Positions 17,442-26,839 of a stretch of 39,179 bases of DNA are shown here, one piece after another. How positions within the stretch are numbered: the first letter of the stretch is position 1; each line of letters begins with the position of its first letter. The stretch spans positions 1 to 39,179 of IMG/VR virus record IMGVR_UViG_3300005758_000027. One strand, written 5' to 3'. Below the pieces are notes generated by a model. That model was not told where the DNA came from, ran no database searches, and saw only the letters and a list, made by a program, of their open reading frames with translations. This stretch comes from a virus. Taxonomy: Duplodnaviria > Caudoviricetes. Both the position numbers and the translations under genes were made by a program.

Positions 17442-17915
17442 ATGAGCAACAACTACTGGGATGACGAAGACGATGACGACCTCGATGTCGAACAACCTCA
17501 ATCTGGAGACGATGCAATGCGGAAACTTCGCAAAGCAAAGCGTGCAGATGAGAAGCGAATCAAGGAACTCACCGAGCAACTTGAGACTTTAACCAAGACG
17601 CAGCGTGAGCGCACCGTCAAGGAAGTCCTAGAAAAGAAGGGTGTGAATCCTAAAGCAGTACGACTAATCCTCAAGGACATCGACGATGTATCTGAAGAGT
17701 CAGTGAATAACTGGCTAGAAGATAACGGAGATTTGTTCGGGCTTACTCCTACTCAGGATGCACCGCAAGCAAGTGAGACAGACCGTGCTGCATTACGTCA
17801 GCAGGATGTAATCACTCAGGGTGCACTAACACCCGACAGAGCAGAAGACTTAAATCTAAGAATGGACCAGGCAGATAACCTGGAAGATTTCTTGAACGTC
17901 ATCCGTTCGCAATAA
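17442..17915 (+). CDS. Capsid scaffolding protein
   Basis: Acidic N-terminus and coiled coil, immediately before the major capsid gene. Confidence 0.75.
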   Translation: MSNNYWDDEDDDDLDVEQPQSGDDAMRKLRKAKRADEKRIKELTEQLETLTKTQRERTVKEVLEKKGVNPKAVRLILKDIDDVSEESVNNWLEDNGDLFGLTPTQDAPQASETDRAALRQQDVITQGALTPDRAEDLNLRMDQADNLEDFLNVIRSQ

Positions 17916-17958
17916 CAAACTAATCATAGTTTCTAACACTTAAAGGAAAATAACCTAA

Positions 17959-18912
17959 ATGGCAAATGCATTCACAGGAACAGGTTCCGCCACACTCGGC
18001 GGTACCGCTGGTGCTGCTGGTCTTGTCCAGAAGGCTTATGACCGTCTCTTGGAGTTCGCACTCCGTTCAGAGCCACTCATTCGCTCAGTCGCTGACAAGC
18101 GCCCAGCACGTCAAGCAATCCCAGGTTCAACTGTAGTTCTACAGAAGTACGTTGACCTTGCTGCAGCAACAACTGCACTTACAGAAGATACAGACCCAGA
18201 TGCAGTAGCATTGTCTACACCAACATCTGTCACAATCACACTTGCAGAGTACGGTAACTCAGTCCTCGTAACACGTGCGCTTGAACTCTTCTCACTCGCA
18301 GATGTTGACCCAGCAATTGCTAACATCATCGCATTCAACCTTGCTGACTCAATCGATTCAGTTGCAATGACAACACTTCGTGGTGGCTCAAACGTAATCT
18401 ACGCAGGAGCAACTGCAACATCAACAGCAACAATCACAGCAGCAGCAACTCTTTCATCTGCTAACGTTCGCAAGGCAGTTGCAAAACTCCGCGCTAACAA
18501 GGCAACAGGACGTAAGGGTTCACTCTACTGGGCTGGTATCCACCCAGAAGTTTCACACGACCTCCGCGCTGAGACAGGTTCAGCAGGATGGCTTCTTCCA
18601 AACCAGTACGGCTCATCACAGGACCGCATCTGGGCTGGAGAAATCGGAACATACGAAGGTGCATACTTCGTAGAGTCTTCACGTCTCTACAATGCAACCG
18701 ACGGTGCAGCATCTGCACGCAACTACCGCACAATCATCTGCGGTCAGCAAGCACTTGCAGAAGCAGTGGCAGAAGAGCCACACGTAGTAATCGGACCAGT
18801 AGTTGACAAGTTGATGCGTCACCGCCCAATGGGTTGGTACGGCGTACTCGGCTTCGCACGCTACCGCGAAGAGGCACTATACCGAATCGAATCAGGTTCA
18901 TCAATCGCTTAG
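17959..18912 (+). CDS. Major capsid protein
   Basis: 317 aa after the scaffold; EYGN and IHP...DL...GEIG.YEG..FVES motifs typical of N4-gp56-like HK97-fold capsids; strongly biased codons. Confidence 0.9.
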   Translation: MANAFTGTGSATLGGTAGAAGLVQKAYDRLLEFALRSEPLIRSVADKRPARQAIPGSTVVLQKYVDLAAATTALTEDTDPDAVALSTPTSVTITLAEYGNSVLVTRALELFSLADVDPAIANIIAFNLADSIDSVAMTTLRGGSNVIYAGATATSTATITAAATLSSANVRKAVAKLRANKATGRKGSLYWAGIHPEVSHDLRAETGSAGWLLPNQYGSSQDRIWAGEIGTYEGAYFVESSRLYNATDGAASARNYRTIICGQQALAEAVAEEPHVVIGPVVDKLMRHRPMGWYGVLGFARYREEALYRIESGSSIA

Positions 18913-18924
18913 TTGATTGACGGG

Positions 18925-18958
18925 TGAGGCGGTAGTTACCGAAATCTCTACTGCCTCA
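18925..18958 (+). terminator. Stem-loop after the capsid gene (partial terminator or mRNA stabiliser)
   Basis: TGAGGCGGTAG/CTACTGCCTCA 11-bp stem; no U-tract. Confidence 0.5.
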
Positions 18959-18982
18959 TCAGTAAGTTCACTAAGGAGAACA

Positions 18983-19252
18983 ATGACAACTTATACATTC
19001 AGAGGACCTACTGTTGAAGAGGGTCCAGCAGGCGGTCATCGACTCTTCTACTTCTACAAACTCAAGAGAGGTATCACTGTCGTTAAGTCAGGTGCTACCT
19101 ACTCAACTTTGAGATATGCAGTGGACGAAGACCTTCTCGACTACGACGCAGTTTATCGTGGTGGGTATGACTACACAGTAAGTGAGGCAACAAAGGCTGA
19201 GTTAATCGCTGCAGGGATTGGCGTAACAGAGGCTAACTTTACAGCACAGTAG
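18983..19252 (+). CDS. Virion-associated hypothetical protein
   Basis: Start MTTYTFRGPT with AAGGAG RBS. Confidence 0.75.
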   Translation: MTTYTFRGPTVEEGPAGGHRLFYFYKLKRGITVVKSGATYSTLRYAVDEDLLDYDAVYRGGYDYTVSEATKAELIAAGIGVTEANFTAQ

Positions 19253-19260
19253 GGGACACA

Positions 19261-19575
19261 ATGAATCTACACCAGATACAAAAGCATCCTGAGTATGTCG
19301 AAGGTTGCTTTGGTTGCAAGATAGGAACTCTTGAACTAGGTACAGGGGACGCGACTAGAGACATTCCAGATAAGAAATGGAACTCTGAGTTACAGGCTTA
19401 CCGAGATGCAAGAGCACAAGGGATTCAACCAGCGGGCACAACACGTGCCCACGTTGAAGCAGCATACGAAGCGTCAGCGACATTAGGTAAAGCGTACAAC
19501 GCAGAGACAATGCCAAAGACAAAAGATATAAACAAGAAGACAACCGAAGTACTCAAGGAAATAGGAGCAGTCTAA
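19261..19575 (+). CDS. Hypothetical protein (H..H...CxxC)
   Basis: ORF with GGGGAC leader and a possible metal-binding motif. Confidence 0.75.
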   Translation: MNLHQIQKHPEYVEGCFGCKIGTLELGTGDATRDIPDKKWNSELQAYRDARAQGIQPAGTTRAHVEAAYEASATLGKAYNAETMPKTKDINKKTTEVLKEIGAV

Positions 19576-19730
19576 TGCCAAAGGTAGGAAAGAAGAAGTT
19601 CCCATACACAGCAGCAGGTAAGAAGGCAGCAAAGAAGGCTGCTTACAAGATGGGCGAGAAGATGGAATCCAAGTCTGAGAAGATGATGGAAATGAAAAAG
19701 GGTATGAAGAAGATGGGCAAGAAGAAGTAA
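19575..19730 (+). CDS. Small Lys/Met-rich basic protein (51 aa)
   Basis: MPKVGKKKFPYTAAGKKAAKKAAYKMGEKMESKSEKMMEMKKGMKKMGKKK; TAATG-coupled on both sides. Confidence 0.75.
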   Translation: MPKVGKKKFPYTAAGKKAAKKAAYKMGEKMESKSEKMMEMKKGMKKMGKKK

Positions 19731-19915
19731 TGCCTAACCCAACTCCTAAAACACCTGTCAAGACTTCTCCTAAGTTGACAGTCGAGCAGCGCAAAGCGCA
19801 AGAACGTGCTCGCATTAAGAAACTTCAGGAAGCAGAAAGAGCACGCACAAGCCCTTGGAATATGACTCCATCAGAGAAGTCAGCATTCCTTGAGCGAGGA
19901 AGAATGGGATACTAA
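19730..19915 (+). CDS. Small basic protein
   Basis: TAATG-coupled ORF. Confidence 0.7.
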   Translation: MPNPTPKTPVKTSPKLTVEQRKAQERARIKKLQEAERARTSPWNMTPSEKSAFLERGRMGY

Positions 19916-20172
19916 TGACTGACCCTAGACTAAAGCGAGCAGGAGTATCAGGCTTCAATAAGCCAAAGCGTACGCCTAACCACCCAACCAAGTCACACGT
20001 TGTTGTGGCTAAAGTTGGCGAGAAGGTCAAGACTATTCGCTTTGGTCAACAGGGTGTCACTGGCGATAAGAAGCCAACAGCCCGTCAGAAATCATTCAAG
20101 GCACGCCATAAGGCGAACATTGCCAAGGGTAAAATGTCAGCAGCATACTGGGCAGATAAGGTGAAGTGGTGA
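19915..20172 (+). CDS. Conserved basic phage protein
   Basis: KTIRFGQQG...RQKSFKARH...SAAYWADKVKW motif, recognisable from aquatic phages. Confidence 0.8.
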   Translation: MTDPRLKRAGVSGFNKPKRTPNHPTKSHVVVAKVGEKVKTIRFGQQGVTGDKKPTARQKSFKARHKANIAKGKMSAAYWADKVKW

Positions 20173-20327
20173 AGAAGAAAGCATTCTGGGATACAAAGAA
20201 CCCAAAGAAGACATCTAAGAAACTTACCCCTGCACAGAAGTCAGCAGCCAAGGCTCGTGCTAAGGCAGCAGGTCGACCTTATCCAAATCTGATTGACAAT
20301 GCAGCGGTAGCAAAAAAGAAGAAATAA
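20169..20327 (+). CDS. Small Lys-rich basic protein (52 aa)
   Basis: GTG start with GTGA overlap: MKKKAFWDTKNPKKTSKKLTPAQKSAAKARAKAAGRPYPNLIDNAAVAKKKK. Confidence 0.75.
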   Translation: MKKKAFWDTKNPKKTSKKLTPAQKSAAKARAKAAGRPYPNLIDNAAVAKKKK

Positions 20328-20342
20328 ACAAAGGTGGGGACA

Positions 20343-21071
20343 ATGGAACAAGAGACAGTAGCAGTTGCTTGGTGTGATGGTGGAGATGTTGACGGCAAGT
20401 TTATGCAAGGCGTCACAGATGTACTACTCAAGTCAGGCGTAAAGTTTGAGACATCAATTCGCAGCCAAGGCAATCAGATTGCTAGGCAGCGTGAGAAGGT
20501 AATTAAGTTTTGGTACGAGAACAATATCTCTGAGTGGCTCCTATGGGTTGATTCAGATATTGTTCTTAGCCCAGAGAATTTCTTGAAGTTGTGGAACCGT
20601 AAGGACAAAGACGAGAAGCCTTTACTTACTGGAGTCTACTTCACAACTGATAACCCTGAGGAACCTCTGATGGTTCCGATGCCAACAGTCTATATGTTCG
20701 CAGAGTTAGACGGTGGACTTGGTATCAAGCGAGTACACCCACTACCTAAAGATTCATTCATCAAGGTAGAAGCAGCGGGTATGGGATTCGTCCTGATGCA
20801 CCGCAGTGTAGTAACAAAGATTATGGAAGTTCTACCAGGAGTTCCATTCTTTACAGAGATGGGTGCAGATAAAGCATTCATCGGAGAAGACATATATTTC
20901 TTTGCCCTCTGTGGCAAAGCAGAGGTACCACTCTGGTGTGACACGTCAGCACTTGTGCCACATATGAAGCGGTTCTCATTTGATGAACATTATTACAAAG
21001 CATTCTTTGGTTCACAAGAACCACAAAAAGAATCAAACTTAGTATTACCTAAGCGTTACAAGAAGGGCTAA
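20343..21071 (+). CDS. GT-A fold (GT2-like) glycosyltransferase
   Basis: R..R..., LLWVDSD (DxD), GMGFVLMHRSV, GEDIYF and H motifs. Confidence 0.8.
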   Translation: MEQETVAVAWCDGGDVDGKFMQGVTDVLLKSGVKFETSIRSQGNQIARQREKVIKFWYENNISEWLLWVDSDIVLSPENFLKLWNRKDKDEKPLLTGVYFTTDNPEEPLMVPMPTVYMFAELDGGLGIKRVHPLPKDSFIKVEAAGMGFVLMHRSVVTKIMEVLPGVPFFTEMGADKAFIGEDIYFFALCGKAEVPLWCDTSALVPHMKRFSFDEHYYKAFFGSQEPQKESNLVLPKRYKKG

Positions 21072-21073
21072 CA

Positions 21074-21328
21074 ATGGCACTAGGCACAGCAGGTAGCAGC
21101 CTTACAGCAGAACTCAACAGGCTTGCTGGTACTACGGGACTCGATGAACAGGGCGCTGCTAATGCCTGGGCTGGAACAACTGGACTTGCAACAGTAGGTG
21201 CACTGAACATTAAAGCAGAGGCTGGACGCACACGGGACAAGTTCAAAGACATTGATGGCATCTGCAACGAACTTGCTGGAACCACAGGACTGGCAGCACC
21301 TGCTGCGTTAAGGAGCATCAACGCCTAA
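21074..21328 (+). CDS. Small virion-associated hypothetical protein
   Basis: Three AGTTGL repeats. Confidence 0.7.
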   Translation: MALGTAGSSLTAELNRLAGTTGLDEQGAANAWAGTTGLATVGALNIKAEAGRTRDKFKDIDGICNELAGTTGLAAPAALRSINA

Positions 21329-22263
21329 TGACAACACTAGCCAATATGATTGATGAGGTTCTAATCAACCTCTCAGGTTATACATTCCAGCAAGATAGAG
21401 CGACGCATCTTACCTCTGCTGTAACCACAGTTACATCTACAAGCGCCTCTCCTTTAGTCCTTAACCTTGGGTCAACTGACTCACTAGGTAAGGGAACAAT
21501 CGAGATTGACGAAGAGTTGATGTGGGTTGACTCTTACGACAGAGTTGCCAACACTGCAACAGTATCTCCTTACGGACGTGGTTATCTTGGTACAACTGCA
21601 GCAACACACGCTGCTGATGCCAAGGTGACTATCTCTCCTACCTTCCCACGCTTTAGTGTCAAGCGAGCAATCAATGACACTATCCGCTCCCTTGGAGCAA
21701 ACATTTTTGCAGTAAAGTCAACAACCTTTACATTCAATGCTGCGGTGTCTACCTACGCTTTTGCTAACTTGAACATCAAGAATATCCTGACTCTTAGTTG
21801 GCAAGACATTGGACCTACCAAAGAGTGGGTTCCTATTCGTCGCTGGGACTTTGATGCTATAGCAAACCCTGAAGCCTTTGGCTATGTCACAGGTACAGAT
21901 ACTGTGCAGACAGTTACATTGGGCGAAGCCCCTATCTCTGGTCGTACAGTCAAAGTCATCTATGCAACTGACCCTAATCCATTTACAGCAAACACAGATG
22001 TTTATACAACAGTAACAGGTCTACCTGAATCAACGCGGGACGTAGTGATTCTTGGTGCAGCCTATCGTCTGCTCTCATTCCTAGACCCAGCACGTGCTTC
22101 TCAAGTTAGCCCACAGGCTGATGAGACAGATGCAAAGCGCCCATACGGTGCATCACAAAGTGCGACCAAGCAATTGTACGCACTGTACACACAACGCCTT
22201 AACGAAGAGACTAAGGCACAGCAACAGAACTATCCTCCCCGCGTTCACTACTCCCGCCGATAA
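21328..22263 (+). CDS. Putative tail tubular protein A / head-tail adaptor
   Basis: Position and size; helical ends with a beta-rich insert. Confidence 0.6.
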   Translation: MTTLANMIDEVLINLSGYTFQQDRATHLTSAVTTVTSTSASPLVLNLGSTDSLGKGTIEIDEELMWVDSYDRVANTATVSPYGRGYLGTTAATHAADAKVTISPTFPRFSVKRAINDTIRSLGANIFAVKSTTFTFNAAVSTYAFANLNIKNILTLSWQDIGPTKEWVPIRRWDFDAIANPEAFGYVTGTDTVQTVTLGEAPISGRTVKVIYATDPNPFTANTDVYTTVTGLPESTRDVVILGAAYRLLSFLDPARASQVSPQADETDAKRPYGASQSATKQLYALYTQRLNEETKAQQQNYPPRVHYSRR

Positions 22264-22272
22264 GGACCAGCA

Positions 22273-24084
22273 ATGACAGTTAGAAAATATTCCTCACGCT
22301 CACAGCAGACAACGCTGACTGGTGCACTTACATCATCTGGTACATCAATGACGGTTGTATCAGGTACAGCACTGCTCGGTGGTATTACTATCTCAGCAGG
22401 TGAAACATTCACAGTAGTAATCGACCCTGATACAGCGGTTGAAGAAATTGTAGATGTCACTGCCGTATCCACTAACACACTAACAATCGTTCGTGGTATT
22501 GATGGTTCTTCAGGACAGGCTCACTCTGCTGGTGCAGTAGTTCGCCATATGGCAATTGGTCGTGATTACCGCGAAGCCAACTCTCATATCGAGAATGTTA
22601 CCTCTGCTCACGGATTGACAATTGCAGATGTCACAACAAATGCTGGAACTCAGACACTTACCAATAAAACAATCAGCGCAGCGAGCAACACCCTTACAGG
22701 TGTAGCAACCCTGACTGGCACACAGACTCTTACTAACAAGACTTTAACTAGCCCAACAATTAATACGCCAGCAATCTCTGGCGGTACAATCACTGGTCTG
22801 TCTTCACCTACTAACTCAGGGGATGCAGCCACTAAGGGCTACACAGATAGCATTCTAGGTTCTGCAGTATCTGCTGCTACCAGCGCAACAAGTGCTGCTG
22901 CTAGTGCTACCGCTGCTGCAACCTCAGCAACATCTGCAGCCGCATCTGCTACCGCAGCCGCTACTAGTGCTACATCTGCAGCAGCAAGTGCAACAGCCGC
23001 TGCTACAAGTGCTACTACTGCAACTAACCAAGCAACCGCTGCAGCGACATCCGCTACATCTGCATCAGCCTCAGCAAGTGCTGCAGCAACTAGCGCAACA
23101 AGCGCACAGACTTCTGCGACAGCAGCAGCAACTTCAGCAACTTCAGCAGCAGCCAGTGCAACGGCTGCAGCAACATCAGCCACAAGTGCAGCATCTTCAG
23201 CAACTAATGCAGCCAACTCATACTCAAGTGTAGTTGGCTTGACTGGTGCTGGAATTGTTCGTGATATGGGTTCAATCACCGATGCTGATACAACAACAAC
23301 TTCTTATATCAATATCTCAGCATTTGCTACAGCAGCAGCGACAAGTGCTACAAGTGCAGCCAATAGTGCTACATCGGCAGCAGCCTCTGCTGCAGCAGCA
23401 GCAACGTCTGCTACTAGCGCTGCATCATCTGCTTCTAGCGCAGCAGCCTATGACATCTCTGCACAGAACTGGGCAACTCAACTAGGAACACCTGTTGCTG
23501 GCGGAGAATACTCTGCTAAGTATCACGCACAGGCAGCAGCAACCTCTGCTACAAGTGCCGCTAACAGCGCTACAGCAGCCGCTACAAGCGCGACTAGCGC
23601 GGCGACTAGTGCTTCCCTAGCAGCAACAATCGTAGCCTCTGCAGTGTCAGGAACTCTGATTGATGCTAAGGGTGACTTGCTAGTAGGTACAGCCAATGAC
23701 ACAGTTGCTCGTCTACCAGTAGGAACTAATGGATACCTGCTTACAGCAGATTCTGCCGAAGCATCTGGTATCAAGTGGGCAGCAGCCCCAGTAAGCCTTC
23801 CATCTCAGACTGGTCAAACTGGTAAGTACCTAACTACAGATGGTTCAACTGCATCCTGGGCAACTATTGCTGCAGACATTGAGTCAGTAACTGCAGGAAC
23901 AGGACTTACAGGTGGTGGTACATCTGGAGCAGTCACAGTATCTCTTGATACTACATCAGCATATGTTGTGCCTTCACAGTCAGGTGCATCTGGCAAATAC
24001 TTAACAAGCAATGGAACAGCAGCGTCTTGGGCAACTATTACCACAGACCCACTGCCACAAATTATGATGATGATGGGAGCATAA
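22273..24084 (+). CDS. Tail fibre protein
   Basis: TQTLTNKT repeats, long SATSAAASATAAAT tract, DAKGDLLVGT and GKYLTTDG repeats. Confidence 0.85.
   Translation: MTVRKYSSRSQQTTLTGALTSSGTSMTVVSGTALLGGITISAGETFTVVIDPDTAVEEIVDVTAVSTNTLTIVRGIDGSSGQAHSAGAVVRHMAIGRDYREANSHIENVTSAHGLTIADVTTNAGTQTLTNKTISAASNTLTGVATLTGTQTLTNKTLTSPTINTPAISGGTITGLSSPTNSGDAATKGYTDSILGSAVSAATSATSAAASATAAATSATSAAASATAAATSATSAAASATAAATSATTATNQATAAATSATSASASASAAATSATSAQTSATAAATSATSAAASATAAATSATSAASSATNAANSYSSVVGLTGAGIVRDMGSITDADTTTTSYINISAFATAAATSATSAANSATSAAASAAAAATSATSAASSASSAAAYDISAQNWATQLGTPVAGGEYSAKYHAQAAATSATSAANSATAAATSATSAATSASLAATIVASAVSGTLIDAKGDLLVGTANDTVARLPVGTNGYLLTADSAEASGIKWAAAPVSLPSQTGQTGKYLTTDGSTASWATIAADIESVTAGTGLTGGGTSGAVTVSLDTTSAYVVPSQSGASGKYLTSNGTAASWATITTDPLPQIMMMMGA
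22861..23640 (+). repeat. Degenerate coding repeats (Ala/Ser/Thr heptads) in the tail fibre
   Basis: Repeated SATSAAA/SATAAAT units with synonymous divergence. Confidence 0.8.
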
Positions 24085-24088
24085 GTAA

Positions 24089-24295
24089 ATGCCTAGTTCA
24101 TTTGCAGTCCAACAGCGTAGAGGCACTACTGCACAACACGCTTCATTTACAGGCTTGGTCGGTGAGATTACGATTGACACCGACAAAGATACCGTCGTGG
24201 TTCACGATGGCGTAACCGCTGGCGGAATCCCGTTGGCAAAAGAATCAGCCTTGACCGAGGCTGGCTTTAACCCATTTCTACTAATAGGAGCATAA
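24089..24295 (+). CDS. Stand-alone Mtd N-terminal-like tail fibre attachment domain
   Basis: QQRRGTTAQH..FTG..GEITIDTDK..VVVHDG.T.GG motif. Confidence 0.75.
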   Translation: MPSSFAVQQRRGTTAQHASFTGLVGEITIDTDKDTVVVHDGVTAGGIPLAKESALTEAGFNPFLLIGA

Positions 24296-24298
24296 TTA

Positions 24299-24628
24299 AT
24301 GCCAAACGTATACAAGGTCCTGGCTCAATCTAACCCATCAGCCACAACCGCAACAACTCTCTACACAGTTCCAGCATCAACATCTGCAGTAATTTCAACA
24401 ATTACAGTTTGCAACCAAGCAGCATCTGCTGGTTCATTCCGCATTGCAGTACGTCCAGCAGGTGCAGCACTCGCTGCTCAGCACTATGTTGCATACGACG
24501 TAGCAATTGCAGCAAACGATACAACAGCACTAACACTTGGTCTGACATTGGCAACAACTGACGTAGTAACAATCTACGCTTCATCAGCAACAATGTCATT
24601 CAACGCATACGGCTCAGAGATTTCTTAA
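24299..24628 (+). CDS. Tail fibre-associated beta-rich adaptor protein
   Basis: YKVLAQSNP...TLYTVP...ISTITVCN...FNAYGSEIS. Confidence 0.7.
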   Translation: MPNVYKVLAQSNPSATTATTLYTVPASTSAVISTITVCNQAASAGSFRIAVRPAGAALAAQHYVAYDVAIAANDTTALTLGLTLATTDVVTIYASSATMSFNAYGSEIS

Positions 24629-24640
24629 TAGGAGGATACA

Positions 24641-25219
24641 ATGGCAATCAGTAGATTTTCTACGTCTTCGGTAGCCCAAGGGTTGCCAAAGTATCAAAAG
24701 TTATGGGATGGTATTAGTTCTATACCATCTACCGATTATGAACTTATTACAAGAACCACTTTAGGTGCATATACAGATACTGTACTATTTTCCAGTATCC
24801 CACAAACATATAAACATTTACAGGTTCGCTTAACAACTCCTGGAACTGGAGCCTGGTGGCTTGTAACAAGAATAAACGGAAATACTTCGTCTGCTAATTA
24901 TACCTCAAGAGGCTCGTATACAAATGGTTCAACAGTTTCTAGTATGAATTTTGGTACTGGAACTACTGGATTTACCTATACTGCATTAATAGAAGGCGAT
25001 GGTTTACTGTCAGCAATTATTGATTACGTCGATTACTCTAGCACTTCAAAAAATAAAAATATACGCTGCTTATGGGGTAGTGATAGAAACGGTGCTGGAA
25101 ATGCTGGTTTTCACGTAGGAAGTTTTTATCAAGCAGGTGCAGTTAATGAAATAGGAATATATGGTTCCTTTAATGCTAATGCAACATTTGCACTTTACGG
25201 AATAAAGGGAATGTCATAA
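24641..25219 (+). CDS. Putative receptor-binding tip subunit, type A copy 1
   Basis: FSSIPQTYKHLQVR, IIDYVDYSS, FALYGIKG. Confidence 0.7.
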   Translation: MAISRFSTSSVAQGLPKYQKLWDGISSIPSTDYELITRTTLGAYTDTVLFSSIPQTYKHLQVRLTTPGTGAWWLVTRINGNTSSANYTSRGSYTNGSTVSSMNFGTGTTGFTYTALIEGDGLLSAIIDYVDYSSTSKNKNIRCLWGSDRNGAGNAGFHVGSFYQAGAVNEIGIYGSFNANATFALYGIKGMS

Positions 25220-25725
25220 TGCCAACTTCTACATATTTTCCTATTGCAACTAACACAGTTAGTGGTACATCAACTAACACTGTAACCTTTTCAAGTATAC
25301 CAAGTACGTATACTGATTTGGTATTAGTGCAATCTCTTCCAGGAGACCCCAGTGCAACATATGCTTATTCAAATATTAGATTAAATTCAGATACGGGAAA
25401 CAATTATAGCACTACATACGAATATTACTACAATGCATTAACCGCTGGAAGACAAGCAAATGTATCGTATATATTAAATGGAACAAGTTCTTATATAAGC
25501 AATACAAATATTATTACAAATATAATGAACTATTCTGGAACTATTAACAATAAAACATTGATTACAAGAGCAAACTTTAGCGCAAATTCAAACGGTGTAG
25601 TTCAAGAAATTTGGAACTGTGCTGGGCTTTGGCGGAATACAAATGCAATTAACTCTGTAACAATTTATCTTAATACTGGGAATTATTCTTCTGGTTCCAC
25701 TTTTACTCTTTACGGAATACTTTAG
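25219..25725 (+). CDS. Putative receptor-binding tip subunit, type B copy 1
   Basis: STYFPIAT, FSSIPSTYTDL, MNYS, GSTFTLYGI. Confidence 0.7.
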   Translation: MPTSTYFPIATNTVSGTSTNTVTFSSIPSTYTDLVLVQSLPGDPSATYAYSNIRLNSDTGNNYSTTYEYYYNALTAGRQANVSYILNGTSSYISNTNIITNIMNYSGTINNKTLITRANFSANSNGVVQEIWNCAGLWRNTNAINSVTIYLNTGNYSSGSTFTLYGIL

Positions 25726-25733
25726 GAGATATT

Positions 25734-26216
25734 ATGCCAAAAAAATATGAATGCATTGCACAGGTAATAGTTGGTGCAGGTGGAGCATCGGTAATATCTT
25801 TTACTTCTATTCCGCAAACCTATACCGACTTACTTATTAACCTTTCGGTAAGGCGAGACAATGCATACGATAGACGCGTTCTCCAAATGACATTTAACGG
25901 CGCATCAAGTGGATATTCGGATAGAGGTTATCTTGGTGGGCAATTAGGTGGTGGTGTCAATATAACCACATATGACGTCCCTGCTGCCAATGGTGTTGCA
26001 AATACATTTTCTAGCAATACTATTTATATCCCAAATTATACAAGTTCATCATATAAAAGCGTATCTATAGAAAGTTTGGGAGACCAATATTTTGATATGA
26101 CTGGCGGACTTTCAAATGTAACATCTGCTATTACAACCATTTCATTTGATACTGGTCAAGGTGGTAACTGGGTACAAAATTCATCAGCCTACCTCTACGG
26201 CATTAAGAACAGTTAG
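25734..26216 (+). CDS. Putative receptor-binding tip subunit, type C copy 1
   Basis: FTSIPQTYTDL, ANTFS, YIPNYTSS, YLYGIKNS. Confidence 0.7.
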   Translation: MPKKYECIAQVIVGAGGASVISFTSIPQTYTDLLINLSVRRDNAYDRRVLQMTFNGASSGYSDRGYLGGQLGGGVNITTYDVPAANGVANTFSSNTIYIPNYTSSSYKSVSIESLGDQYFDMTGGLSNVTSAITTISFDTGQGGNWVQNSSAYLYGIKNS

Positions 26217-26224
26217 GACACACT

Positions 26225-26833
26225 ATGGGAATCCGAAGTTTATCCACAGCCAGTATCTCTACTGGTACTAAGCGAAGCAAGGTCTGGGACCAGAGTGCTG
26301 TCTATTCACCTACTGCGTATGAGAGCATTGCCACCGTAACAGTTGGCGCGGGTGGTACTAGTTCTATCTCGTTCTCGTCAATTCCTGGAACTTACAAGCA
26401 TTTGCAACTAAGAGCAATTCATCGCATAACAACAAATGCAACTGGAAGTCGTAGATGTATTCTTCAAATAAACGGAGATACAACTGCATCTAATTACCAT
26501 AATCATTGGCTTTATGGTAATGGTAGTAGTGCTGCTTCAGAAACAGATGGCACAAACCCAATTATTGCCTATTCAACTGATGCGGCAAATCTTGCCAATA
26601 CTTTTGCTGCTACAATTATTGACATTCTTGATTATAGTTCAAATGATAAAAGAAAAACAATACGTTCATTTAATGGACAAGATGTTACTGGAGTAGGCGG
26701 TTTAGTAGGTATGTATTCAATGGCTAATTACAATTCTATTTCCGCTATTACAAGTCTTACATTTAGACCAAATACTGGTGCAGATAATCTAGCCCAATAT
26801 AGCCATTTTGCACTATATGGAATTAAGGGGTAA
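26225..26833 (+). CDS. Putative receptor-binding tip subunit, type A copy 2
   Basis: FSSIPGTYKHLQLR, IIDILDYSS, FALYGIKG. Confidence 0.7.
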   Translation: MGIRSLSTASISTGTKRSKVWDQSAVYSPTAYESIATVTVGAGGTSSISFSSIPGTYKHLQLRAIHRITTNATGSRRCILQINGDTTASNYHNHWLYGNGSSAASETDGTNPIIAYSTDAANLANTFAATIIDILDYSSNDKRKTIRSFNGQDVTGVGGLVGMYSMANYNSISAITSLTFRPNTGADNLAQYSHFALYGIKG

Positions 26834-26839
26834 TAACTA

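Noticed and set aside
22861-23640. CRISPR array or non-coding tandem repeat
   Set aside because: The repeats are degenerate, in frame and explained by Ala/Ser/Thr heptads of the fibre.
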